A DNA stretch of 63,302 nt, counting the filler, from Octopus bimaculoides (Eukaryota), in NCBI RefSeq assembly GCF_001194135.2. It is 4 parts of 4 records of this genome, joined end to end, with 100 filler letters (N's around TTAATTAATTAA, not from the genome) between each part and the next. Parts side by side here need not be neighbours in the genome. Positions count along the whole stretch, not along the records: positions 31,335 to 60,137 come from NC_068984.1; positions 60,238 to 63,302 come from NW_026433517.1; 2 more parts are not named here. One strand, given 5' to 3'. Positions 49,535-62,213 of this stretch are shown here, in pieces. Position 1 is the stretch's first letter; every line of letters starts with the position of its first letter. The notes under the pieces are model-generated. The model made no database searches. It was not told the DNA's origin and saw only the letters and a list, made by a program, of their open reading frames with translations. A program made the translations under genes and the position numbers.

Positions 49535-50860
49535 CTACATAAAAAGAACCCGTATTGATGCCATGTAGAAACGTCCATGCCACTGCTGCCTAAAATTAAG
49601 TCCAGTAAAAAGCAGACTGTATGACGCATGTGTACGAACAGCCATGCTACATGGCAGTGAAACATGGGCCGTGACTGCTGAGGGCATGCGTAAGCTCACA
49701 AGTAATGAAGCCAGTATGCCCTGATGGATGAGTAATGTCAGTGTGCATACTGGACAGAGTGTAAGTACCTTGAGAGAAAAGTTGAGCCGAAGAAGCATCA
49801 GTTGTGGTGTGCAAGAGAGACGATTGTGCTTGTATGGTCATGTGGCGAGAATGGATGAGGATAGCTCTGTGAAAAAGTGCCACACCCTAGCGCTTGAGGG
49901 AACCTGTAGAAGAGGTAGATCCAGGAAGACCTGGGATGAGGTGGTGAAGCACGACCTTCGAACATTAGGCCTCACCGAGGCAATGACTTGTGACCAAGAC
50001 CTTTGGAAATATGCTGTGCTTGAGAAGACCCGGCAAGCCAAGTGAGACCATAAGCCTAGGCCTCTGCCAGGGGTGTAGCCAGCCCACTTATGTGGACCTT
50101 TCCTTCATTGGACACTAAACGCTGCTTGCGAAGACCTGTTGAGGCAAGTGAAATCGAAATCGAACAAAATTCGACAACTGGCACCAATGCCAACATCTCC
50201 TTCATTGGACACTAAACTCGGCTTGCAAAGACCTGTTGGGGCAAGTGAAAGTGAAATCGTGATGGCACCTGTACCAGTGGAGCGCTAAGAGCACCGTCCG
50301 AGCATGATCGTTGCCAGAGCAGCTGTCTGGCTTCCATGCCAATGGCACGTAAATACCACCATTTGAGTGTGATTGTTACTAGCGTCGCCTTCCTGACACT
50401 TGTGCTGGTGGCACGTGAAAAGACATTCGAGCAAGGTTGTTACCGGTGCCGCGGGACTGGCTCCTGTGCAGGTGGCACATAAAAAACACCATTTTGAGTG
50501 TGGCCATTGCCAGTACCGCCTGACTGGCCTTCGTGCCAGTGGCACGTAAATGCACCCACTACACTCTCGGAGTGGTTGGGCTTCACAGAGGCAACGACTG
50601 AGGCATTATGTCGCGCTTGAGAAGAAGACCCATCAAACCGAACAAAATCGCAGTTGTGACAGATACTGGTGTTATGCAAATGGCACCAATGCCAGTGGCA
50701 CATGAAAGCACCCATTACACTCTTGGAATGGTTAACATTAGGAAGGGCATCCAGCTGTAGAAAACCAGACTGTAGTCTGGTGCAGCCTCCCAGCTTACCA
50801 GCCCTTGTCAAACTATCTAACTCATGCCAGTATGAACAATGGATTTAAATGATGATGGTG
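49535..50860 (+). mobile_element. RTE-clade LINE, 5'-truncated 3' end with 3'UTR and (gat)n tail
   Basis: VKSRLYDACVRTAMLHGSETWAV...RRLCLYGHVARMDEDSSVKKC...GTCRRGRSRKTWDEVVKHDL...DLWK*, followed by the recurring 3'UTR. Confidence 0.9.
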
Positions 50861-50938
50861 ATGATGATATATACATATGTATGTATGTATGTATGTATGT
50901 GTGTGTTTGTGTGTGTGTGTGTGTTGTGTGTTTGTGTA

Positions 50939-50992
<54 letters not shown>

Positions 50993-50995
<3 letters not shown>

Positions 50996-51270
50996 TCATC
51001 ATCATCATCATCATCATCATTTAACGTCTGTTTTCCATGCCAGCATGGAAAACATGCTGAGGTCTGGCAAGCCAGGAAGCTGTACCAGGCTCCAATTTGA
51101 TCTGGCAAGGTTTCTACAGCTGGATGCCCTTCCTAACACCAACCAATCTGAGAGTGTAGTGGGTGCTTTTTACGTGCCACTGGCACAGGAGCCAGTCAGA
51201 TGGGCCTGGCCTCAATCACATTCGGATAGTGCTTTTTACTTTCCACCAGCATGGGGGCTAGTCAAGGGAT
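50993..51270 (-). mobile_element. RTE-type LINE 3'UTR fragment, tail-to-tail with the previous element
   Basis: (cat)n-tttaacgtctgttttccatgccagcatgg...ctacagctggatgcccttcctaac. Confidence 0.8.
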
Positions 51271-51689
51271 AATATATATATATACGTTTATCAAAAATAT
51301 ATATATAAATAATAAATAAAATGACCATCCTGAAATACAACAGTATGTACACACACACACACACATACACACGTATGTATTTATGTATATCTTTTACCAC
51401 TGTGTACCAGTGAAGAATATAAACACTGAGAAGTAAACTGAAAAATTAGTGCTTTTAGAATGAAGTTCCTAGTGATATTTGTTCTACAACAAGCTTCATA
51501 GATATTGCGTTGTCAAACAAATGATTGGCCTCTCAGAAATCTGGAACCAATATTTATTGTTTATTGTTTGCCAGTTGTGATACATAAAAGTGTTAGAAAA
51601 AACACACAGTCACAATTGTTTTGAAGTTGTTAATGTTTTTTTTTTTTTGTTTTTTATATCCAGGAGACGACGAAGGGAGTGTTTACAAT

Positions 51690-53100
51690 AATCATCATCA
51701 TCATCATCGTTTAACGTCCGCTTTCCATGCTAGCATGGGTTGGACGATTTGACTGAGGACTGGTGAAACCGGATGGCAACACCAGGCTCCAGTCTGATTT
51801 GGCAGAGTTTCTACAGCTGGATGCCCTTCCTAACGCCAACCACTCAGAGAGTGTAGTGGGTGCTTTTACGTGTCACCCGCACGAAAACGGCCNNNNNNNN
51901 NNNNNNNNNNNNNNNNNNNNNNNNNNNNNNNNNNNNNNNNNNNNNNNNNNNNNNNNNNNNNNNNNNNNNNNNNNNNNNNNNNNNNNNNNNNNNNNNNNNN
52001 NNNNNNNNNNNNNNNNNNNNNNNNNNNNNNNNNNNNNNNNNNNNNNNNNNNNNNNNNNNNNNNNNNNNNNNNNNNNNNNNNNNNNNNNNNNNNNNNNNNN
52101 NNNNNNNNNNNNNNNNNNNNNNNNNNNNNNNNNNNNNNNNNNNNNNNNNNNNNNNNNNNNNNNNNNNNNNNNNNNNNNNNNNNNNNNNNNNNNNNNNNNN
52201 NNNNNNNNNNNNNNNNNNNNNNNNNNNNNNNNNNNNNNNNNNNNNNNNNNNNNNNNNNNNNNNNNNNNNNNNNNNNNNNNNNNNNNNNNNNNNNNNNNNN
52301 NNNNNNNNNNNNNNNNNNNNNNNNNNNNNNNNNNNNNNNNNNNNNNNNNNNNNNNNNNNNNNNNNNNNNNNNNNNNNNNNNNNNNNNNNNNNNNNNNNNN
52401 NNNNNNNNNNNNNNNNNNNNNNNNNNNNNNNNNNNNNNNNNNNNNNNNNNNNNNNNNNNNNNNNNNNNNNNNNNNNNNNNNNNNNNNNNNNNNNNNNNNN
52501 NNNNNNNNNNNNNNNNNNNNNNNNNNNNNNNNNNNNNNNNNNNNNNNNNNNNNNNNNNNNNNNNNNNNNNNNNNNNNNNNNNNNNNNNNNNNNNNNNNNN
52601 NNNNNNNNNNNNNNNNNNNNNNNNNNNNNNNNNNNNNNNNNNNNNNNNNNNNNNNNNNNNNNNNNNNNNNNNNNNNNNNNNNNNNNNNNNNNNNNNNNNN
52701 NNNNNNNNNNNNNNNNNNNNNNNNNNNNNNNNNNNNNNNNNNNNNNNNTTCCTGTTTGTTTGCAGTCTTTATTGCACCTGAACATCTGCCACAAACAAAA
52801 ACTAACTTGCTAGTTAACCTGCCTTTGATGTTGCTGCACCTCTTATGTGTCCATAGCTTGCACCGGGTACATCTTATAGAGTTACTACCTACTCCTTTTC
52901 TACATACTGAGCAGGGCCATCTACCTGAAGGGGTTTGTGTTTTATCTACCTTCCTACTTATTAGGATTTTGGTTTTAGCTAGGTTGACTCTAAGGCCCTT
53001 CAATTCTAGACCTTGCTTCCACACCTGAAACTTCTCCTCTAGTTCTGATAGTGACTCCGCAATTAGGGCAAGGTCATCAGCATAGAGGAGCTCCCTAGAA
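51690..53100 (-). mobile_element. RTE-clade LINE fragment spanning a gap (RT YADD region to 3' tail)
   Basis: ELLYADDLALIAESLSELEEKFQVWKQGLELKGLRVNLAKTK, then WPCSVC...RCTRCKLWTHKRC...FVCGRC; the family 3' tail lies at 51690-51892. Confidence 0.88.
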
Positions 53101-53569
53101 CTGACAAATGAATTAATAGAGCAACAAACAAAATGCTATGCAGTATTTAGTTGTATTTCTTCGTTCTGAACTTAATTACTGCAAAGTTCAACTTGGCTTT
53201 TCATGCTTCTGAGGGTTGATAAAATGAAGCACAGAGTCAAATGAGGGGGATGAATTAATCAACCATACCTTCTGCCCAAATTTGCGGAATTATGCAGCGT
53301 TGGAAATGGCAATAGAATTGATAATGATCATAATCTATTTTCGGATTCGGAATTGTCTGCTCTTTTGTAATATTTTTAACGAGGAATGTAATTGTGTATG
53401 AATGATCTTTCAATTGACTGATGTATTTGTAAATGACTGGCTGTTGATTTTATGGAAAATGTTGATTTTGTTGAAACTATTATGATATTTTAAATAGTAA
53501 TCAAGTTTTTTTAAGTTGTGAGGTCTATGAATTCAGATTTTGTACATTCGATTATTGATAGCTTTAATA

Positions 53570-54070
53570 ATAGCCTCAAATTTTGACACAAGGCCAGTAA
53601 TCTTAGTGGAAGTGGGTAAGTTTGTTACATCAACCCAAGTCCTTTAGTTTATCAACCCTGAAAAGATGGAAGGCAAAGCTGACCTTGGTGAGATTTGAAC
53701 TCAGAATGTAAAGAGCCAAAAAAAAAAAAATGCTAAGCATTTTGTCTGATGTATTAATGATTCTGCCAACTCACCGCCTTAATAGCTTTAATAATGATGA
53801 TTTCTAATTTTGGCACAAGGCCAGCAATTTGGGGGTAGGAGTTAGTTGATTACATGAACCCCAGTATTCAACTGGTTTCTGTGACGTATATATTCCTCAC
53901 TGGATGGGACAGTGGTCCATCACAGGATTACATGTTTTTGCCAGCTCAGTGGACTGGAACAAAATGAAGTGTTCTGCTCAAGAACACAACACATCACCTG
54001 TTCAAGGAATTGAAACCATGATCTTATGATCATGAGTCCGGCACCTTTACAAATCAGCCACATGTCTCCA
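53570..54070 (-). mobile_element. SINE family A remnants (53570-53880) and a family D/CORE-like copy (53885-54070)
   Basis: Reverse complements of the motifs described above. Confidence 0.7.
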
Positions 54071-54199
54071 CTAACAGGCAGGAGAGGAGATATTAGATTT
54101 ATGAGCCAAAGATTGTGGTAAGGGATGAAGTTAGTCTTTGCCATTTTATCAAATAGTTTGAAACAAAATGCAAAACAATAATAATCTAACTCTTCATAT

Positions 54200-54400
54200 C
54201 ACATCATCATCATCATCATCATCATTTAACGTCTGCTTTCCATTCTAGCATGGGTTGGACGATTTGACTGAGAACTGGCGAACCAGATGGCTACATTAGA
54301 CTCCAATCTGATCTGGCAGAGTTTCTACAGCTGGATGCCCTTCCTAACGCCAACCACTCCAAGAGTGTAGTTGGTGCTTTTTACGTGCCACCAGCAAAGG
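54200..54400 (-). mobile_element. RTE-type LINE 3' tail
   Basis: (cat)n-tttaacgtctgctttccattctagcatgggttggacg...ctggatgcccttcctaacgcc. Confidence 0.8.
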
Positions 54401-55803
54401 GCCAATATTTTATTATAGAGAACCTGAAAAGTAGCAGACAAATCAAGGAGCAGTTCTAATTGATATGTAATGCTCAAACTGAGCATATGAGTCCATGTTT
54501 GTGTCTATTTTGTATTCCCTTTGCCTAAGAAACCCTACATTTAGGATAAACAAGGGCTGAGAGTGTTGTTCTGTTCTGTCTCTGAATGCCAGAGTCAATA
54601 TCTCATCAACTCTGTGGGTGTTTTGGCCCTTTCCACTGTGATACCAGAGCTTCCCAGGTTCCCCACCAATGTAGGCAAGAAAATTCTCATACAACAACAC
54701 AAACTTTGTTGAGTCAAATGTTGCAACTCTGACCAGATATTTCTATCATCCTCAAAGTTTATTTGTAATAATTCATCCTCAAAACGTGGCTTTAAAATTT
54801 AAGCATGTACAGTCACAAATTAGTTTTAATAGTAGAAAAAAACAACTTCTTTTACACCTTACAAGATATGTTACAGATGTTTTCTAATGTTTGAAGGAAA
54901 ATATTCTAAGAAAAATTTCTTTTTTTTTTCCTTCAGGTTACATTTAGGCTGCAATTTAGGCTACATTCTTACATAAATAGGCTAGATTCTCACCTTTCAG
55001 TACTTCCATTCAGAACCACTCACCAGTCATTAACAGTACTTTTCAATAATTTTCAATTTAAATGAAAATATCTACCAGTCTTCTAGTTTTTTTCCCTCAA
55101 GAATGTATCTTCATATTACTATCACACAGTTCTTTATACAAATTTTGTTAATATGACACCAAGAAATTTAACTGAATATATTATACTATTGAAAATAGTT
55201 GCAATTGGTAAGCAATAAGATAGCAATCTGGATAAAAAAAATTTTTTAACTGTTTTGAGTAGACACCAAAGCTAAGTTCTTATGTTAAAAACTATCACTT
55301 TCATCCTGGGAGATTCATAGAAATTTTCAGGATATCTTGGCAATAAAAAAGTGAATCCTATCAAATGTAAGTATGGTAATTACTCTCTTAGCCAAAGTAA
55401 CTTGATATAAATACTATCAAGAGATGTTTTATGTTAAATCACTACTAATTTTAAGAAAATATTGACTTGCTGTCTCTATCCCAAATGAATGAGAAATTAT
55501 TCCAAAGAACTACTCTTAAATCTGCAATAGCATGCTGTTTCAATTTACAGCATCTTCAGCCAGAAATAGAACAGCGGTTTCTAACCCCTGCCTGTCTAGG
55601 AAATGTTTCATTAATTTTTGCACTCCCTACAAAAATGATATCCCATTTGAAGATGAAAAAGTTAATTTTCTAACAACTATCTTTTTAAAGAAAATTGAAC
55701 CTTATACAATATTTTAAACAAATAAAGTTCTTGATGTGTTCATTTTTAGGAGTCATTTCATAATTATATTCTAAAAAGTGATGCCGTTAAAGTATATATT
55801 TTC

Positions 55804-55840
<37 letters not shown>

Positions 55841-56420
55841 TGCATCCACAGGCAAGACACATAGGTATAAAATCTTCTGGGAAGGGAACAGTGATGGAGT
55901 AGGTGATATGGACATACTTCATGATAAATATAACAACAAAAATAAATTGAATGCAAAAGCGCTGTTAACATTCAATATAAGATTAAGAAAGTGGAAGTGT
56001 CTTTGGCATTTTGAACTTGGGTATTTTTCGGAAAGTTAGATAAGCACAGGAGAAAGAACCGTAGGGGAAGGAAAGAAGAATAATTGTTATGAAAAAATAA
56101 GTTTTGTTCTACGTTCAGTCATGTTGAAAATCATGGAGTCTGAATGACCAGTAATGAATGAAAAGGAATGAAGTTTCATTTGTACAAGAGCAACAGGGAA
56201 GTAATTATGGGTAAATTATGCAAGTGTATGTATGTATGTATGTATGTAATTATTAAGTTTATTTCAAGATTTCTTGCCAATAGAGAAAGAACCAGTTTCT
56301 AACCTAGGTTCAAGGCGCCTTCATTGGAATTTCAACATCAACAACATGGTATTTTTGTTTGTATGTATATATGTATGTATGTATGTGTGTGAGTGTGTAT
56401 ATGTATGTATGTGTGTGTGA

Positions 56421-56526
<106 letters not shown>

Positions 56527-56549
56527 GTATGCATATATGTATGTATATG

Positions 56550-56900
56550 TATATCATCATCATCATCATTGTTTAATTTCCATCTTCCATGCATGCATGG
56601 GTAGGATGGTTCACAGGAGCTGGCCAGGTAGAAAAACTACCCTCGACTACTGTGTCTGTTTTGGCAAGGATTTTATGGCTGGATGTCCTTCCTAAAACCA
56701 ACTACTCTGCAGAATGAACTCAGTGTTTTTTACGTGGCACTAGCACAGGTGGGGTTAGTTATGGCATGATTTTTACAGCTGAATGCCCTTCCAAATGCCA
56801 TCCACTTCACAGTGTGGACTGGATGCCTTTTACATGGCACTAGCACTTACAGGGCCACCAAGTAACTCACAAGGCAAGGAATTATGAGAGGGGCAGGAGA
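56550..56900 (-). mobile_element. Diverged RTE-type 3' tail variant
   Basis: (cat)n-gtttaatttccatcttccatgc...ggctggatgtccttcctaa. Confidence 0.6.
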
Positions 56901-57099
56901 ATTTGAGGAGGGGAATTCATGTCAGAGGATTAAGGGTTAGAGGGTGACAAAGAGACAAGGAAGCAGAAACAGGTGGGAGAATTGGAGGAGGTGATCCAGT
57001 ATCAGATGATGAAAGGTTAGAGTGTGACAGAGAAATAGGGAGGCAGAAATAGGTGTCTTGCTATAGAAGACGTACATGGTTATCCACTGAGGGAGACAA

Positions 57100-57182
<83 letters not shown>

Positions 57183-57687
57183 AAGAATAAGGGCAGAAAT
57201 AGGTGTGTTGCTGTAAAGGGGATATGTGGTTACCCAGCCAGAGGCAAGGGCGAGGAAAAGAGAGAGAGAGAGAGTAGGAAACAGCAAAAGTATAAGAGAG
57301 AGCAGGAGAGAGATGGTGAAGTGCCAGGGGTACATTCACAAGTAACAAGGATCAGAGCATAGATGCGATAGTAGAGTAAAGGAAAGAGAGGTATGAAGGT
57401 CGTAATATGCGCAGTCAGGTGTTATTAAGAAGGTGCAAGTAGGGAGTGGGGATTGCAGTGACTGACAAAAATCTGGGTAGAGGGCAATGAGGGCAGAAAC
57501 GAGGATTGGAAGACAATCGTAGTTTATGAAGAGGAAATGTGAGGAAGAGAAAGATGCTCTTTAGAAGAGATGTAGTTTGGTTTCTTGGGGTAGGGTGTGG
57601 CAAAGTTTGTTGGGTGGGACACAACTCTTCTAGTTTTGCTGATGTGGGCAGGTCTTTTCTAGAACCTCATATCACCAAACATCTCAG

Positions 57688-57722
<35 letters not shown>

Positions 57723-57974
57723 TTACTTGGAAATGGATGCGTGGCATTCATATAAATAATATATATATATATATATATATAATTCCATAAATAACTGCTC
57801 TTTTACTCTTTTACTATTTTACTATTTTACTCTTTTATGTATTACTGGTACATACATACAGGCTTTGCTTAAGTATGTATTCTTACAAATGTTTTAGAAT
57901 AAATAAATAGACATAACAGAATGTCTAACAGTTGATATATGTCATTTCTGTATCCCCTCCATTTTCTTTTTGCC

Positions 57975-58037
<63 letters not shown>

Positions 58038-58055
58038 TGTATATAAACATACACA

Positions 58056-58288
58056 CATGAAATACGAAAATAGATGAGTTCAATATGCAAACAATGAGAG
58101 AAACAAATAGAAAACAGGACAAGTAACATAAAGAACAACTCTTCATTAGATGTCATTCAATGCTCGAAATGAGGAGTAGAAAGGCAGCTGACAACTGATG
58201 AAGGGTCGTTCTTTATGTTACTTGTCCTTTTTTCCGTTTGTTTCTCTAGACGTTTTCATATTAAACTCATATGTTTTCAGATTTCATG
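58056..58288. repeat. Foldback palindrome with 100-bp arms and a 33-nt loop
   Basis: 58056-58155 is the reverse complement of 58189-58288 at roughly 80-85 percent by eye, with an exact aggacaagtaacataaagaac core. Confidence 0.9.
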
Positions 58289-58393
58289 TTGTTTACTGTT
58301 GGTGACGTCCTGTACCCATATATGCATAATTGTATATATATACATATATATTATTTATTTAATTATATATATATATATGTATATATATGTATA

Positions 58394-58865
58394 TAGGCGC
58401 GGGAGTGGCTGTGTGGTAAGTAGCTTGCTTACCAACCACATGGTTCTGGGTTCAGTGCCACTGCGTGGCACCTTGGGCAAGTGTCTTCTNNNNNNNNNNT
58501 GCGTGGCACCTTGGGCAAGTGTCTTCTACTACACCCTCGGGCCGACCAAAGCCTTGTGAGTGGATTTGGTAGACGGAAACTGAAAGAACCCCGTCGTAAT
58601 CATATATATATATATATATGTATGTGCATGTGTGTGTATATGTTTGTGTGTCTGTGTATATGTTTGTGTGTCTGTGTTTGTCCCCCCAACATCGCTTGAC
58701 AACTGATGCTGGTGTGTTTACTGCCCCATAACTTAGCGGTTCGGCAAAAGAGACCGATAGAATAAGTACTAGGCTTCCAAAGAATAAGTCCTGGGGTCGA
58801 TTTGCTCGACTAAAGGCGGTGCTCCAGCATAGCCGCAGTCAAATGACTGAAACAAGTAAAGAGTA
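58394..58865 (+). mobile_element. SINE family B, full length
   Basis: ggcgcgggagtggctgtgtggtaagtagc...gactgaaacaagtaaagag. Confidence 0.9.
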
Positions 58866-58934
58866 TATGTACATATGTGTGTGTGTGTGTGTGTGTATAG
58901 ACTCACACACACATAGATGCCGGCAAGATGGCTG

Positions 58935-59600
58935 AGCAATCAAAAAGTTTGCTTTGCAGCTATGTAGTTTTAGATTTAGTCACTCTGTGCAACACCTTGG
59001 GCAAATGTCTTCCATAATAGCCCTCGGTTGACCAAAAGCTTGTGATTGAATTTGGTAATGGAAACTGAAAAGAAGCTTGTGTATATGTGTGTATGTGTAT
59101 GTGAGTGTGTGGATGTGTGTCCTCTTGTTTTGACATTGCATGCTAATTGTGAACAAATTTCACTCTTGGTAACAGTTGTTTGCAATCTTCTGTGAAAATA
59201 TGTCCAAGCTAGAAAAAAATAAATAAAAAAACAATATTATCAGGTAAGGATTGGTGACAGGAAAAGCATCCAGCTGCAGAAATTTTGCCCCAACAAATCT
59301 AGCCTGACATTTAAATGCATGGAGAAATAGATTTTAAATTGATGATAATGATAATGTGTGTGTGTGATTACAGATAATATGGATGGGGTGAAGTGTTTAT
59401 GTTTATCACTTATGACTTGGCAACCTGTGTAGGTTTGTTTAAACCCCTATAACTTAGCAGTTCTGTAAAAAAAACCTGACAGAATAAGTACCAGACTTGA
59501 AATAAGTATGGGTTGATCAAATCAACAAAAATCTTTCAAGGTGGTGCCCCAGCATGGCCATAGTGCAATAACTAAAACAAAAAATTGGAAGAATAAAAGA
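58935..59600 (+). mobile_element. Old, fragmented SINE family B copies
   Basis: caccttgggcaaatgtcttc...ccaaaagcttgtga and ...gtgccccagcatggccatagt. Confidence 0.6.
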
Positions 59601-59839
59601 ATATTTCTCTTTAAATAGTTTAAAGCTTCAAATAAAAAACAAAATAAAGATATTTATAAATACTCAATATTTTTGTTATGTTACATTCTTCAGATGTGGT
59701 CTCATGGTTAGAATTCCCAATTTTCTCTTGGCTCATTATAGTCGAATTCCTGACAAAGAAGCATTGTTATTTTCACATGGCAGTACCCCAGTAAGGCCAT
59801 AGCCAAATAGTTGGAACCAATAAAACTGTTTATTTGTAA

Positions 59840-60137
59840 ATCATCATCATCATCGTTTAACGTCCACTTTCCATGCTAGCATGGGTTGGACGATTTGACT
59901 GAGGACCGTCGAACCAGATGGCTGCACCAGGCTCCAATCTGATCTGGCAGAGTTTCTACAGCTGGATGCCCTTCCTAACGACAACTACTCGGAGAGTGTA
60001 GTGGGTGCTTTTACGTGCCACTGGCACGACGGCCAGTCAGGCGGTACTGGCAACAGCCACGCTCAAGTGGTGTTTTTTACGTGCCACCTGCACAAGAGCC
60101 AGTCAGCTGCTCTAGCAGCGATCACGCTCAGATGGTG
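59840..60137 (-). mobile_element. RTE-type LINE 3'UTR running into a scaffold spacer
   Basis: (cat)n-cgtttaacgtccactttccatgctagcatgggttggacg...gtgccactggcacg. Confidence 0.85.
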
Positions 60138-60237
60138 NNNNNNNNNNNNNNNNNNNNNNNNNNNNNNNNNNNNNNNNNNNNTTAATTAATTAANNNNNNN
60201 NNNNNNNNNNNNNNNNNNNNNNNNNNNNNNNNNNNNN
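60138..60237. other. Artificial scaffold spacer (44 N + TTAATTAATTAA + 44 N)
   Basis: Same 100-bp layout as the other two. Confidence 0.95.
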
Positions 60238-60527
60238 GATTAGTGTTAGGGTTAGGGTTAGGGTTAGGGTTAGGTTTAGGGTTAGGGCTTGTGTTATGGT
60301 TAGGGTTAGGTTTAGCCTTAGGGTTAGGGTTAGGGTTAGGGTTAGTGTTAGGCTTAGGCTTAGTGTTTGGGTTAGGGTTAGGGTTAGGGTTAGGGTTAGG
60401 TTTAGAGTTACGGTTAGGTTTAAGGTTAGGGTTAGGCTGAGTTTTAGTGTTAGGTTTAGGGTTAGGGTTCGGTTTAGGTTTAGTGTTAGGCTTAGGGTTA
60501 GGGTTAGGGTTAGGGTTAGTGTTAGGG
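60238..60527 (+). repeat. Degenerate (TTAGGG)n telomere-type repeat tract
   Basis: About 290 bp of ttaggg units mixed with ttaggt, ttagtg and ttaggc variants, running into (tta)n. Confidence 0.9.
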
Positions 60528-60565
<38 letters not shown>

Positions 60566-60567
60566 GG

Positions 60568-60644
<77 letters not shown>

Positions 60645-60675
60645 TATAATAACAATAATAATGATCATAATAAGA

Positions 60676-60860
60676 AGGTGAGCTCAGCAGCATTTCGTCC
60701 GTTTTTTTACATCCTGAGTTAAAATTCTGCTGAGGTCGGTTTACCTTTCATCCTTCCGGGGTCGATTCAATAAATATCACTTGAGAACTGAGGTCGATGT
60801 GATCGACTTAGCTGTTCTCACTGAACTTACTGACCTTGTGCCAAAATTTGAATCTAGTAT
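60676..60860 (+). mobile_element. SINE family A, deleted copy
   Basis: catttcgtccg...gaggtcggtttacctttcatccttccggggtcgat. Confidence 0.7.
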
Positions 60861-61974
60861 TATCCCAGAAAACGGGTTGCTCATACAAAGAAACCTTATT
60901 GCTGAAATGCCTTTTCATGAAAGGTCTACTCGATTAAGAATGAAGTGAGGCTAAACAACAACCAATAATACAATCAATAAGAAGGCAAAAAATAGACAAA
61001 GGAATAATGCGAGTTAGAGAGAGTGAAAAAGAATGAGAGAATGAGTGAGGAACAAAATGTTTGTGAGTAATAAAGAATTAGAGAGATTAAGTTAGAGAGA
61101 AAGAAATATAGAGATATCATGAGACCTCGAAAATCTGAGTAGCAGAGATGGCTGGATGAATGAGTAGTTAGAGACGGAGAAGAAGTATTAAAGAATGAAA
61201 AGGTGTTTGAGTGACAGGCAGAGAGGAGTGAATAATTGTCAGGGTAAAGCTGAAATAATGAAGGTTGTTTAAGCGTGGATGGTGGTAGGCAAGTGAACAG
61301 TTAACGGGTCAGTGGCATGATGGGAAGGATAAATATAGAAAAAGGACAGACTTTAAGATTTTGTTCTATTCTGTAAATATTACAATAATAATGACGATAG
61401 TGATGAGAGTGTGAGCGGGAATTGTTCGTTTGTTTTCTATAGAAGGAGGCTACTTATGAGGAAGAACTACACTAACCAATGCATCGATGAAAATCAACTG
61501 GTTTGTCTATTTTTGGGGTGGGGATCGATTTGGAACGATGGATAGCGTGAAGAAATACCTCACCTGACAGTGAGTATTGCAGGTTTGTGTCAAACTCTGC
61601 AAAGCCGCGCTGGATTAACTATTAAATAAAATAAGCACGTGCTAAGGACAACAAGGTAATAGGGTGGGACACCACAGAAATGGTAAATGGTTTACAGTCC
61701 AAAAGAAATCACTTTAAACTTGTTAAAATGATATTCGAAATGGTTTATATGATCAGAGATATAATTATGAAGTGTTCGTGGTATCATAGTGAAGATCTGA
61801 TAAAAAACTTTGCAATTTTTAATTGCACAATAGGAGAAAACTTTTCGAATATAAATAAAATCGAAGTGTACTAAAATAAACATTATTTTCTATCTTGCTG
61901 TTAGTTTTGTATCATTTTGAAAAATAAAAATTTATTTAATTGTTTATTATTTTTATATTTTGAATTACATATAT

Positions 61975-62213
61975 ATGGCGGCACCTTCAAGTAATAAAGC
62001 GCCGTCGAAATGCACACAAAGCAACCAAACCATTTGGCAAACACGTCTTCGTCGTGGCCTAAAAATATCAGATTTTCTGAAATTTGTCAAGATTCTATTG
62101 TTGCGCGCAGGACACAACCAATTATCGGTCGAGATCATTGTGTGTAGATCACCTTTGTACTGGAAGGGCAGAAAGTTTTTCATCCGTTTTGGTGGCTATG
62201 CTGAGACATGTTG
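61975..62213 (+). CDS. Candidate first coding exon of an unidentified gene
   Basis: ATGGCGGC start (MAAPSSNK...) in CpG-richer, non-repetitive DNA; the frame stays open to a GTAAGG donor at 62214. No recognisable homology. Confidence 0.25.
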
